Source of the DNA: a virus
Taxonomy: Duplodnaviria > Caudoviricetes
IMG/VR virus record: IMGVR_UViG_2933814219_000003
Span: 1-64,000 of that record
Length of the DNA: 64,000 nucleotides
Strand: one strand, 5' to 3'
The position numbers and the translations under genes were made by a program. The notes below the pieces were generated by a model. It had not been told where the DNA came from. It saw nothing but the letters and a program-made list of their open reading frames with translations, and did no database searches. Shown in pieces: positions 27,201 to 35,568 of the stretch (within the stretch, counting starts at the first letter, position 1; every line of letters starts with the position of its first letter).

Positions 27201-28861
27201 AACTTGGTGGCCTCGGTCGAGCCCTGCGCCATCGCGGCGGCAACAGCCCGCTGGGCGTCCGCGAGGGCGTCTTGTGCACCCTGCACCTGGCGTGCAGCTG
27301 TTACCTGCGCATCGGCCACACCCTGCTGGGCCGCGGCCAGCGCTTCCTGCGCGTCCCGGACTGAATCGGCACCAGCCTTGGCGACCGCTGCGGCATTCGC
27401 CTGGGCCTCCCCCACACCCCGGGCCTTGTCGCCGACGTTCCGCTGTGCGTCCGCAAGCCGGTCCTGCGCTGCCTTGACCCCTTCGGAGCCCTCGATGCCT
27501 GCTTTCGCCGCAGCGGCGTTCTCCTCCTGGAGCCTCTTCGTCTCCAGTTGCTGCTCTTTGAGGCGCTGTACGGCTTTGTCGTAGGCGAGCTGGGCACGGG
27601 CCAGGTCGTCGGCGTTTGCCGCGGCCCCCTTCGCCTTGAGGAGGTTGAGGGCCTTCTCGGCGTCGGCTACGTCCATGACCGCGTCACGCTGGTCGAGTTC
27701 GGCGGACGTCAGGCGGTTCGCCAGGTCTTCGAGCTGGTCAGCGGCGGTCTTGCGGGCCTCGTTGAGGTCTTCCTGCGCCCGGGTTGCGTCTGCCTGTGCG
27801 TCGGCGAGGTCACGTTCGGCGTCGGCGACGCGCTGGAGCGCCGCACGCCGGTCCGCGGCGGCCCGCACTTCGGCGTCGCGCACATCCTCGGCGGCGTCCT
27901 GGACCCGCTTTTGTGCGTCGGCGATCTGCCGGGCCGCGTCGACCTGAGCTTCCTTGAGTGCGCGGGCGGAGCGGGCGACGTTGATCTGCGCGGATTCCAC
28001 AGCGCGGGCTGCGGATACTGCGGCGGGGGCGCTCGAAGCGCCGGACTCGAACGCCGACTTGAACGCGTCACCGACCCCGTGCAACCCCACCCCGAGGGCG
28101 GCACCGATTGTGATCAGCGACCCGAGAGCAGGCGCGGCGACAGCGGCAGCCGGCCCCATCTGGGCGATCGACTGCCCCAGGGAGACCACGGCTGGCAGGG
28201 CCATGAGTGCAGCGGACGCCAGTCTCACGAAACTGCTGCCCAGGGCCCCGGCCGAGGAGGCGGAGGCTCCCAGGCTGGAGCCCAGGCTCCCGAGGCCCCC
28301 CAGGCCCAGCATGTTTGTGCGGACGTTCACGGTTCGGTCGCGGGTCAGCAGGGCGATCTGTGCAGTTGCGGACGCGGTGTCGGCGCCGGCAGTGATCCGC
28401 GCTGTGCGAGGGCGGGTCAGGAGTGTGAGGTCATCGGCGGCGGTGCGGGTGTCGGCGTCGGCGGTGAGCCGTACTGTCCGCGGGCGGACGAGGGTGTCGA
28501 GCCGTGCGCGGGCGTCGGCGTCATCCAGTTCGACGAGGAGCTTGATGGTCCGGTCTGCGGTGAGTGTCGTCAGGGTGCCGCTGGTGGCACCTTGGTTGAG
28601 GCGCAGGTCTATGTCGACCCGTCGGCGGCGGGTCAGGTTGGCTATTTCGTCGGCGGCGACCCGGGTGTCCGCGTCGATCGTGACGGTCATGCGGCGGTTC
28701 TTGATCAGTGTGGCGATCCGCTGGTCGGCCGCGGTGGTGTCAAGGTCTGCTGTGACCTTGAGGCTGATCTCCTTCTTTTCCAGCTTGGCGATCTCGGCGT
28801 CGAGTCTGGTGCGGTCCATGCGCGCCTCGACGTAGGCGCCGGCCAGCCTGAACTCACCCAT
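24227..28861 (-). CDS. tape measure protein with C-terminal NlpC/P60-like peptidase
   Basis: 1544 aa Ala-rich helical protein with aromatic 11-mer periodicity; YQWGG..WDCSG...GHT. Confidence 0.95.
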   Translation of the reverse strand: MGEFRLAGAYVEARMDRTRLDAEIAKLEKKEISLKVTADLDTTAADQRIATLIKNRRMTVTIDADTRVAADEIANLTRRRRVDIDLRLNQGATSGTLTTLTADRTIKLLVELDDADARARLDTLVRPRTVRLTADADTRTAADDLTLLTRPRTARITAGADTASATAQIALLTRDRTVNVRTNMLGLGGLGSLGSSLGASASSAGALGSSFVRLASAALMALPAVVSLGQSIAQMGPAAAVAAPALGSLITIGAALGVGLHGVGDAFKSAFESGASSAPAAVSAARAVESAQINVARSARALKEAQVDAARQIADAQKRVQDAAEDVRDAEVRAAADRRAALQRVADAERDLADAQADATRAQEDLNEARKTAADQLEDLANRLTSAELDQRDAVMDVADAEKALNLLKAKGAAANADDLARAQLAYDKAVQRLKEQQLETKRLQEENAAAAKAGIEGSEGVKAAQDRLADAQRNVGDKARGVGEAQANAAAVAKAGADSVRDAQEALAAAQQGVADAQVTAARQVQGAQDALADAQRAVAAAMAQGSTEATKFNDAMSKLSPNAREFVNAVRGIAPAWSAVRADVQDALFRGLGDTLTRMSSAVLPAVQTGLVGMASVLNNMATGLMNTFTALGKAGTLSQMFSGLTAGVQPLVQVPGQIAQAFVQLSIAASPAFTRLTTAAGEAATSISERMSGAFASGRMEESIETAVGVVQQFGALLGDIFGTVGNILKAAGAGAGDVLGGLGAVFEELRRITAMPEVQAMLTTIFTALNDVASLIATTLGAVIQAVLPLLAALAPTISLLATALGPVLAQLAAALGQALLPIMTALMPIVESVGTALIGVVKAVMPLLAPVGALIAAIVAAVAPVIQVVLTTFVSLADSLAKALLPVVQALIPLVTMIGGLLATLAPTFAQMTLALFPLLAPLGQLTVSLLTLAMEILTPLIPLITWLATLLATKFTEALGTLIPVLTTVIQWIQLFVDAMTAGVEWIVEKFEWLFDVLVGHSIIPDLVRAIVTWFTSLWTSTKKIFTDLKDGVVKIWNDLWAKLREKWNTFYSGFKTSVSTAWTTLKTSFTNLKTSVSTTWNTMWNNARDKVTTIFSSIRGKISDFKSSMTTSFTLLRDGIGKIWDGIKSKLGSPIKWVVGNVYNDGVRKMWNTIAGKINSKIVLPSIGLKFAKGGIVPGQGTGDTVPAMLTPNERVLSLAQVAQLGGHRAIDAMLGKDRSEGRTGGNPDNRVAQGMQHFDKGGIVGTISSIGGAISGGIDWAKDLVIGGLKAAAQKAISTFVRPLINQIPGGSSSYGRLTKGVPNNLLDKMLGFLGNEDKKAVGGPAVQRGLAWARTQHGKKYQWGGNGNPSWDCSGLVSAIESVIRGESPHRRWATGAFSGNTAPSGWVRNLNSPYQIGITNAGVGHTAGTIAGVNVESRGGDGVVIGSGARGVNSSMWTDRYGYAPATKYDTGGLLQPGRTLVDNQTGKPEAVLTPAERAAFEDIVRNGAGITIGSIHIDGTFDLSSPTSRKAAAEAMVSEMNEALRNWNRSRQR

Positions 28862-29330
28862 CGGCCACCACTCTCACCAGTTCGATCTCCTCCGGGAACC
28901 GGGCTGCGAGGGCGGCCACGGACTGGACCTGTGCGGGTTCCGGTGCGGGGGGCGGCTCGGTACGCGGGGCTGTGGTGTTGCTGGTGTCGTCTTCCTGTTC
29001 GGCGGCGCGTGCGGCCATGACGCCGGAGAACGCGAACACGCGTTGAGCGAGAGCGAAGTACCGGGGTCCGGTCATGTCGTCCTCCTCCAGGTCGATGCCG
29101 TAGTGGGCCAGGAAGTCGGCGTCCAGGTCCCGCTCGTAGGCGAGGACCCAGCCGATCTGGTTGCTGCGTGTCCGCCACCCCTCGCCCCATGGGGGCGAGG
29201 TGGCCTGGTCGGTCAGGTCGGTGATCCAGGGGAGAGCGGCGGCTGCCCGGTGCCACCTGATCCACGACGCCCGGGTCAGTGCCCCTGCGGGGCCTTGCGC
29301 CGCGCGTGACCCTGTCGGCCCTCTTTTCCC
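28854..29330 (-). CDS. tail assembly chaperone, frameshift extension
   Basis: Open -1 frame entered at the GGGAAAA slippery site. Confidence 0.75.
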   Translation of the reverse strand, partial: GKRGPTGSRAAQGPAGALTRASWIRWHRAAAALPWITDLTDQATSPPWGEGWRTRSNQIGWVLAYERDLDADFLAHYGIDLEEDDMTGPRYFALAQRVFAFSGVMAARAAEQEDDTSNTTAPRTEPPPAPEPAQVQSVAALAARFPEEIELVRVVADG

Positions 29331-29701
29331 TCCTCGTCCTCGACCTCGCCGAGGGCCATGTCGCGGAGCCGGTTCATGATCTGGTCGAGCTGTTCGTCGG
29401 TGAGGTCCTCGCAGTCCATGAGCGCGGTGTAGCCGTCCTCGCCGATGAGGACTTCGAGGAGCTCCTGGGCGGCGAGGGCTTCGCCTTGCCGGCGCATGGT
29501 CCGCAGGTAGCGCAGTCCGTGGTTGCGGCCGACGTGCTTGGGGATCGAGTACGCCTCGTCGTCGACGTAGAAGAGGACGATGCGGTCCACGTCGGCGGGC
29601 TTGGAGGTGAGGCGTACCGGCTCGAAGTCGTCGGCGACTGCGGGGGTCGGCTTGGGCTTGGTGGTGCGCTTCTTCGTGGCGGTTCGGGGGTTGGCGGCCA
29701 T
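29276..29701 (-). CDS. tail assembly chaperone
   Basis: Between major tail and tape measure; ends EEGKE at the slippery site. Confidence 0.85.
   Translation of the reverse strand: MAANPRTATKKRTTKPKPTPAVADDFEPVRLTSKPADVDRIVLFYVDDEAYSIPKHVGRNHGLRYLRTMRRQGEALAAQELLEVLIGEDGYTALMDCEDLTDEQLDQIMNRLRDMALGEVEDEEGKEGRQGHARRKAPQGH
29324..29330 (-). other. -1 programmed ribosomal frameshift site G GGA AAA
   Basis: Canonical siphovirus chaperone slippery heptamer in the expected frame. Confidence 0.8.
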
Positions 29702-29786
29702 GGTGGGTTCCGTTTCTGTGGAGGGGTGGAGGGAGGTGGCCGGGCCCGCCTCCCTCCACAGGTTTCGGGCCCGGCCGCTTGAGGGG

Positions 29787-30350
29787 TTACGGAACGATGC
29801 CGTCGATGATCTTGTAGGTGCGGATCGACTGGCTCACGAAGTGCGCCTGGAGCTTGACCTTGAGGACGCTCATCTTGTCCTTCGTGTAGGCCAGCTCGAT
29901 GGAGTCGACGGACAGCACCTTGCGGACGATGACCCGGCGGCGGGCCAGGTCAGGGGCCCACCCGTCGAACAGCACGGCCGAGTAGGCGGGCTGGGTTGCT
30001 GACGATGCGTCGTTCGGCTCGTAGGTCTGGTAGCCCGAACCCGACGCCGTCGTGCCACCGTTCAGGGCGTAGGCGAGGTTCCCGAGGGTGACCTCCGCCA
30101 TGTTCGTCTCGACGCTGGTGTTGCGCTTCGTCAGCCGGGAGCCGACACGGTCGACGATCTGGTCGACCTCCAGCTCCCCGTAGGTGTTCTCGATGACGAG
30201 CTTCACGCCGTCCGTCGTGCCGCCGACGTCGGACCACGCGGACGCGGCCGGCGTCGAGTTCAGCGCCGAGTCGGCCGGCTCCGCGGCACCGAAGGCGCCC
30301 CGGTACAGCGTCGCCGGGCCCTGGATCAAGTTGTCGGGGTCCACCGCCAT
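29787..30350 (-). CDS. major tail (tube) protein
   Basis: MAVDPDNLIQGPA...WSDVGGTTDGV, GGAGG RBS. Confidence 0.88.
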   Translation of the reverse strand: MAVDPDNLIQGPATLYRGAFGAAEPADSALNSTPAASAWSDVGGTTDGVKLVIENTYGELEVDQIVDRVGSRLTKRNTSVETNMAEVTLGNLAYALNGGTTASGSGYQTYEPNDASSATQPAYSAVLFDGWAPDLARRRVIVRKVLSVDSIELAYTKDKMSVLKVKLQAHFVSQSIRTYKIIDGIVP

Positions 30351-30411
30351 GGCGGTCCTCCTAGAGTCGTGACCCGGATGGGCCGCTGGGTGGGGACGTG
30401 GAGGGAGAAGT

Positions 30412-30642
30412 TCACGTGCGCCACTCCTCGCGGCGCAGCGGCCAGGTGACGCCCTCGAACTGGGGCAGCCACCTGAGGCCGATGGTCTGCTCGGGCGGGA
30501 TGCTGCGGGGGCACGGCACGATCCGTGCGTCCGCGATGATCCACTCCAGTTCGTGGCGGTTGCCGTGGACGATGACCCGGCCGCCATGGGTGAGGAGGTC
30601 GCGGGAGCGCGGGCCTTCGATGGCCCAGCGGGTGGTGGTCAT
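30412..30642 (-). CDS. hypothetical protein
   Basis: ATGA-coupled, 76 aa. Confidence 0.6.
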   Translation of the reverse strand: MTTTRWAIEGPRSRDLLTHGGRVIVHGNRHELEWIIADARIVPCPRSIPPEQTIGLRWLPQFEGVTWPLRREEWRT

Positions 30643-31124
30643 GGGCCGACCTCCACCCAGTGCAGTTGCAGCGCAAGTACGATCCGCGCCCACGACCCCA
30701 GGTCGGCGGAGGCTTCACCGCCGCCGGGAATGACGGGGCGGCGGGGTTCCTGGACCGTGTACGCGGACAGCACCCGGGCGTTCGGGTAGCCGGCCGGGAG
30801 CGTGAGGAGCCTGGGGTTGTTCTGGTGGTCGAGGCAGCCGGCGACGATGGCCTCTGCCAGGGCGGTCGCCTTGTTCCACGGCGGCTTGACGCTGTTGGGT
30901 GAGGCCGCCCAGCAGTCGACGAGAACGACGGGCATCCGCATGGGGACGTACATGTTGGCGCCGCCGCTCGACGTGTGGACGGTGACGAACCCGGTCTCGG
31001 CCCAGGTGGGGATGCCGGTCTCGGGAAGGCGGGGCACTGTGGTGGCGACGATGTCCCCGACCAGGTCTTTGATCCAGGCGATGGCGACCAGGTCGGTGGT
31101 GGCGCGCTTGAGGATGGTGGCCAT
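30639..31124 (-). CDS. tail terminator-like protein
   Basis: Position and size in the neck module. Confidence 0.7.
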   Translation of the reverse strand: MATILKRATTDLVAIAWIKDLVGDIVATTVPRLPETGIPTWAETGFVTVHTSSGGANMYVPMRMPVVLVDCWAASPNSVKPPWNKATALAEAIVAGCLDHQNNPRLLTLPAGYPNARVLSAYTVQEPRRPVIPGGGEASADLGSWARIVLALQLHWVEVGP

Positions 31125-31480
31125 CACGCCGCCTCCCGTCGGGTCCACAGGGCGGGACGGAGGAACGGCTGCGCCAGGGTGCCGGGGTGATTGACGAGCG
31201 CCCAGGGGTGCTCGGCTCCGGGCCAGAACAGGGCCTTGGCGTTCTTCGGGCGGATGACGTGAGGCTTCGTGCCCTCTTCCATCCAGATGGCCCGGTCCAA
31301 GTTCGAGCCGACACGCAGCACCTGGTCGTTGACCTCGTGGTTGATCGACGCGGCGAGCCCGCCGGTCTTCTTCGGTGCGAACTCGCGGGCATCCGCCTTG
31401 ATGAGTTCACCGAGGTGGTCAAGGAGCTCGTTCTCGGCGATGCCGAGGTGCGTCTCGATGGACGCGTGGTCGATCTGCAT
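31124..31480 (-). CDS. HK97 gp10-like tail completion protein
   Basis: APKKTGGLAASI, EEGT, AQPFLRPAL. Confidence 0.85.
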   Translation of the reverse strand: MQIDHASIETHLGIAENELLDHLGELIKADAREFAPKKTGGLAASINHEVNDQVLRVGSNLDRAIWMEEGTKPHVIRPKNAKALFWPGAEHPWALVNHPGTLAQPFLRPALWTRREAA

Positions 31481-31560
31481 GCCCGCTCCTCTCCGGCTCG
31501 GGTTGTTCGGTGGCCGTGCGGATCCCGGTCTCCCCGGGAGTGGCCCGCGCGGCCGGTCGT

Positions 31561-31890
31561 TCAGGTGACGCGTTTCAGGTCGAGTCGCAGGTCGGGCTGG
31601 TGGCCGACCCCACTGGGCGGGGTGACGGCGGTGATGGCGTAGATGACACCGGTGCGGTCGTCGCGGATCCTGTCCTCCGGACCCACCGCGGTGCGGCCGG
31701 GGAGCCGGCCGACGGTGTAGCGGATGACGCGGGGGGTCGGCTGCTCAGGTGTGGTGATCAGCCGGGACCGTTCCACAAGCGATGCGGGGATCCCGGACAC
31801 GGCGGGGGTGTTGTTGTCGACGGTGTCCCCCCACTCATCGACGCTGGTGCCGGTGAGGACACTGACCCGGGTATTGGCGATGGCTCTCAT
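31561..31890 (-). CDS. head-tail stopper
   Basis: DEWGD motif, synteny. Confidence 0.7.
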   Translation of the reverse strand: MRAIANTRVSVLTGTSVDEWGDTVDNNTPAVSGIPASLVERSRLITTPEQPTPRVIRYTVGRLPGRTAVGPEDRIRDDRTGVIYAITAVTPPSGVGHQPDLRLDLKRVT

Positions 31891-32318
31891 GGCATCGGCC
31901 TCCACACCTGGCTGTCGTCCGCCGACTCCAGCAGCTGGTTGGTGACGTACCGGCCGCCCTCGAACGGGGTGCCGACGTGCACGGTGCGGGACCGCATCCA
32001 GGAGCAGCGGCGCAGCGCTTTGCCCGCCATCGGCGCCAGGACCGCCCCGTCCGGAGTCAGTTTGTTACTGACCCCGTCCTGGGACGTCTCGGTGGCGTCG
32101 AGACGGGTCGCCACGTCGTACTGCTCGGTCAGCCAAGCGGCCTGCCGGGCTACTGCTGCGCCCAGCCAGTGCACGTCCCTGGCCCGGATCCGGTCGGTGT
32201 CGGCATAGATCCGTCCGGAGAAGATCTCGATGTCGTCCTGCGCCTGGGCAAGCAGCTGCGCGGTCACGGCCACACCCGTGGCGTCGACCTGTTGCGGCGT
32301 TGCCCAGACCGTCGTCAT
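31887..32318 (-). CDS. head-tail adaptor
   Basis: WAT...AVARQA, synteny. Confidence 0.7.
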   Translation of the reverse strand: MTTVWATPQQVDATGVAVTAQLLAQAQDDIEIFSGRIYADTDRIRARDVHWLGAAVARQAAWLTEQYDVATRLDATETSQDGVSNKLTPDGAVLAPMAGKALRRCSWMRSRTVHVGTPFEGGRYVTNQLLESADDSQVWRPMP

Positions 32319-32319
32319 C

Positions 32320-32742
32320 TCAGTCCTCGTCGCCGCGGGTCAGGACGTCGCGCGGCGTGGTGGTGTCCGGGGCGTTGTGATCGACGGACGACGGCACGAC
32401 CTGCACCGAGTAGCGCAGGGTCAGTGACAGGCCGTCCGGGTGTTCCTCGGTGCCGTCGAAGCGGGCGACGCCGCGGGGGTGGAGGCCGCGCTGGATGGCC
32501 TCGTTGGCGACCGCCGCAGCGTTCGCCTCGTGGGCCTCGTCCTCGTCGCGGGACGGCCACGTGGAGCGCAGGACGACGAACTCCTTGATGTGCCGGAGTC
32601 CGTCGGAGCCGTCCGGGGACCGCTCGTCGACCTCAGTCTCCGGGGCGCCCGCGACGGCCGGGAACTCCTTGGCGCGGAGCCTCGCCTCGTCGGACTCGGG
32701 CGTCTTCGCCGCGGCCCTGGTGGTGGGCTTGCTGGTTGCCAT
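32320..32742 (-). CDS. hypothetical head-associated protein
   Basis: Follows the capsid gene, AGGAGG RBS. Confidence 0.7.
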   Translation of the reverse strand: MATSKPTTRAAAKTPESDEARLRAKEFPAVAGAPETEVDERSPDGSDGLRHIKEFVVLRSTWPSRDEDEAHEANAAAVANEAIQRGLHPRGVARFDGTEEHPDGLSLTLRYSVQVVPSSVDHNAPDTTTPRDVLTRGDED

Positions 32743-32761
32743 GGCTCACCTCCTGTGGTGG

Positions 32762-32793
32762 CCCGTACCGCCCAGCCATGGGGGCGGTACGGG
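32762..32793 (-). terminator. hairpin after the major capsid gene
   Basis: CCCGTACCGCCC / GGGCGGTACGGG stem. Confidence 0.55.
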
Positions 32794-32807
32794 GATCGCA
32801 CGGAAGG

Positions 32808-33713
32808 TCAGCCGACGAGGATGGAAGCGCCGGCGGGGTGGCCGTAGACGAAGCCGCGGCGGGCACGCATCTTGAGGAGCGACTCGTCGGTCAGGGCGCT
32901 GGTGCCGTCGCGTCCGTCGATGAACACGGACTCGGGGCCGGACCGGATGCCGAGGTGCATGAGGTCGGTGGAGACGAACGCCATGATCGGGCGGCCGGTC
33001 GGGGCCGACGTGGCGGTCGCGGAGGTGCGGGCGCCGAGGGACCACTTGATCGGAACACCGAAGATGGTGTCCGGGGTTCCGGCGAGGCCCTCGATGAAGA
33101 TGGGGCGCTGCTGGGTGTCGAGGATGCCGCGGAGGGACTTCTTGAACGTCGGGTGCGCGATGGCCAGCATGGTGCCGGGGTCGTAGTAGTCGCCCGCTTC
33201 GACGAGGCCGATCGTGTCGGAGAAGTTCGCGTAGGTCGCGCCGCCGGTGCCCGCGACGGTGATGTTGCTGTTGCCGGTGTAGCCGAGGTTGTTGTCGGTC
33301 TGGCTGAGCAGGTAGTATAGGGACTGGAACGGGACACCCGTGCCCGGGGCCGCGGTGACGGCCAGGGACGCGTTGTCGAGGATCTTCGCGTAGGAGATCC
33401 CCCAGTCCTTCATCTTGACGTTGAGGATGTTGACGAGGGAGTCGTCGACGTCCTCTTCGGCGATGCGGAGCACCTTGCCGAACTTCTTGGCATAGAGCAG
33501 GACGTCGTCGTTGTTGGAGACGTCCTCGCCGTAGGCCCCGCCCTTGTCGACGACCTCGACGCCCATCCCGGCGGAGCGGGGGACGTGGCGGGTGTCGGAC
33601 GACATGGGGACCCGGTTGGCGACGGCCTCGACGACGGACGTCTGGGTGATCCGCTGGATAACCTCGGAGCCGTACTCCTCGGGGATCCACGCTTCGACGG
33701 TGTTACGTGCCAT
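32808..33713 (-). CDS. major capsid protein (HK97 fold)
   Basis: IPEE...I, KKFG....EE..DDS, LRGILDTQQRPIF. Confidence 0.93.
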   Translation of the reverse strand: MARNTVEAWIPEEYGSEVIQRITQTSVVEAVANRVPMSSDTRHVPRSAGMGVEVVDKGGAYGEDVSNNDDVLLYAKKFGKVLRIAEEDVDDSLVNILNVKMKDWGISYAKILDNASLAVTAAPGTGVPFQSLYYLLSQTDNNLGYTGNSNITVAGTGGATYANFSDTIGLVEAGDYYDPGTMLAIAHPTFKKSLRGILDTQQRPIFIEGLAGTPDTIFGVPIKWSLGARTSATATSAPTGRPIMAFVSTDLMHLGIRSGPESVFIDGRDGTSALTDESLLKMRARRGFVYGHPAGASILVG

Positions 33714-33837
33714 GAGAGCCCTCCTGCGGGCGGCGTGATGGGGAAGCTGGTGGGCTCGGGCCCCATCACGGGCGCCTTCGCATACAAGGGCGACACTTCG
33801 ATTCGATCACCGAATCAATTCATCTGATGATGAATAT

Positions 33838-33854
33838 ACCTTCGATTGTCAAGC
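33838..33854. promoter_or_regulatory. late-region palindrome copy upstream of the capsid gene
   Basis: ACCTTCGATTGTCAAGC in an AT-rich gap. Confidence 0.4.
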
Positions 33855-34511
33855 CTTGCCCAGTACCTTCGCCGCGTGCCGCTCCGCCGCCGACTTCGGT
33901 GTCTCGTCCGCCGCCGGCTTCGGGGCGATGCTCGGCCGGGCCGCCCTCTTCCTCGGCGTCGTGTCGAAGAGTTCGGGGTAGTCCGCGCGCAGCGCATCGA
34001 TCTGCTCCTCGACGCCGAGGACTTCACCGTCGTCGTCGATGCTGAGCTCGCCGATGTCCACGAACTTCATCAGCCGGGCAAGGCGTGCCTCGGTCTTTGC
34101 CTTGTCGCCCTCGACGGATGCGATGGCACCGGCCTGGATGAGGGAGGCGCGGACGGCCTTGTTCACGGCGATCGGCTTGTAGCGGGCTTCGGCCCGCTCC
34201 TCCGCCTCACGGACCGCCCTCTCCGTCTCGGTCTCCTGCTCCTTGTACTTGTCGCGCAGCGAGTTCAGGTCGCGCTGGACGGCGAGCTTCTCCTCCTTGC
34301 GCTTGGCCAGGGTGCGCCGGACCCTCTCCCACTCCTCGCGGGACGGCGGCACGTAGTCGTCGTCCTCGGTGCCCACAGGGTCGTCCTTCTTGGCGGGCGA
34401 CTTGGGCTTGGGGGCGTCCTCGACGAGGTCGTCGACTTCGGTGTCGACGGCGTCGGGCTCCTCTTCGACGATGCCGTCGACTTCGATGTCGGTGTCGTCG
34501 TGGTCGGCCAT
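33849..34511 (-). CDS. capsid scaffolding protein
   Basis: Acidic N-terminus, coiled coil, YPELF motif. Confidence 0.85.
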   Translation of the reverse strand: MADHDDTDIEVDGIVEEEPDAVDTEVDDLVEDAPKPKSPAKKDDPVGTEDDDYVPPSREEWERVRRTLAKRKEEKLAVQRDLNSLRDKYKEQETETERAVREAEERAEARYKPIAVNKAVRASLIQAGAIASVEGDKAKTEARLARLMKFVDIGELSIDDDGEVLGVEEQIDALRADYPELFDTTPRKRAARPSIAPKPAADETPKSAAERHAAKVLGKA

Positions 34512-34560
34512 GGTGTCCTCCATCACGGGGGCGGGGTCGGGTGCCCGTCACGGGCACGGG

Positions 34561-35568
34561 TCATGCGGCGGCGAACCGCCTGCTGCGCACCGCACGCTGG
34601 GCGGCGGCACGCACGTCTGGGGGCAGGTCAACACCGGAGCGCAGCAACTCGGCGGCTGCGCGCACCCGGGCGGCCCTGGATTCGCTGGGCCTGGCGTGAC
34701 CGCGGGCAATGTTGCTGCGGGCCTGCCTCTGAAGATGCAGCGGCAGGGGAACTTCACCGGCGGACCAGCGAGGCAGCCACGGCAGGACACGGCAACGGCA
34801 CCGCGGGTGCACCGGCGGCAAGTCGATGCGGTCCGCACCATCGTTCCGCCGGCTGGGGTCCCACGAGAGGCCACCGGGAAAGGACGCGCCGGCATCGGCC
34901 AGGAGTCCGGAGTAGGCGGAACAGGTCACGCAGGCGTCCGCTTCCGCGATCCACAGGCGCATCCCCCCGACCATGCGCACCGTCATCTGCAAGGTGTCGT
35001 TGACGACCTCGGTAACCGCGGTGGCCACATGCCGCTCCACGGCCGATGTCGCGCTGCGGGCGATGCCGATGCCAGTAAGGACGTCGGACCAGCGGCGCAC
35101 CGTGCGGGTCTTCAAAGCGGCAAGCGACCGGGATACCTGCTCGTCCACGGCGTCAGCCATAGCGGCGGCACTGGTCGGCACACTGGAGGGGACTCTTGCG
35201 GGCGGTTGCCGAAACGGGCGCCCGGACGCGGCCACCACGAACTGCGCCCCTTGCCGGGCGGCGGCTTGGGCGATCGACGGCAGCACTTCGGTCAGGGCTG
35301 CTACGGCACGCTTCCCGAGGTCGCCGACGATGCGGCGGACCGCCGAGCGCACCGACGCCATCAGCCGGTTCAGCGCCGCCCCCGAAGCAGCCAGGGCGTC
35401 CGGGCTGCCGAACGCCACGGTCCAGGCGGTGAGCGTCCTGCGGATCAGCCGCTCGAACTGCACGCCCGTGCCCGCCAACAGCGCCGCAATGGCCGCCTCT
35501 TCGAGGGCGCTGATTTCGCCGGTGTGTTCCTGCTGCACGAGCTGGGCGAGTTCCTCCGGGGTGGCCAT
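34561..35568 (-). CDS. MuF-like minor head protein
   Basis: DACVTC...PPVHPRCRC. Confidence 0.82.
   Translation of the reverse strand: MATPEELAQLVQQEHTGEISALEEAAIAALLAGTGVQFERLIRRTLTAWTVAFGSPDALAASGAALNRLMASVRSAVRRIVGDLGKRAVAALTEVLPSIAQAAARQGAQFVVAASGRPFRQPPARVPSSVPTSAAAMADAVDEQVSRSLAALKTRTVRRWSDVLTGIGIARSATSAVERHVATAVTEVVNDTLQMTVRMVGGMRLWIAEADACVTCSAYSGLLADAGASFPGGLSWDPSRRNDGADRIDLPPVHPRCRCRVLPWLPRWSAGEVPLPLHLQRQARSNIARGHARPSESRAARVRAAAELLRSGVDLPPDVRAAAQRAVRSRRFAAA

Noticed and set aside
24341-29020. Long plus-strand ORFs opposite the tape measure gene
   Set aside because: Antisense shadows typical of high-GC DNA, with no motifs or RBS
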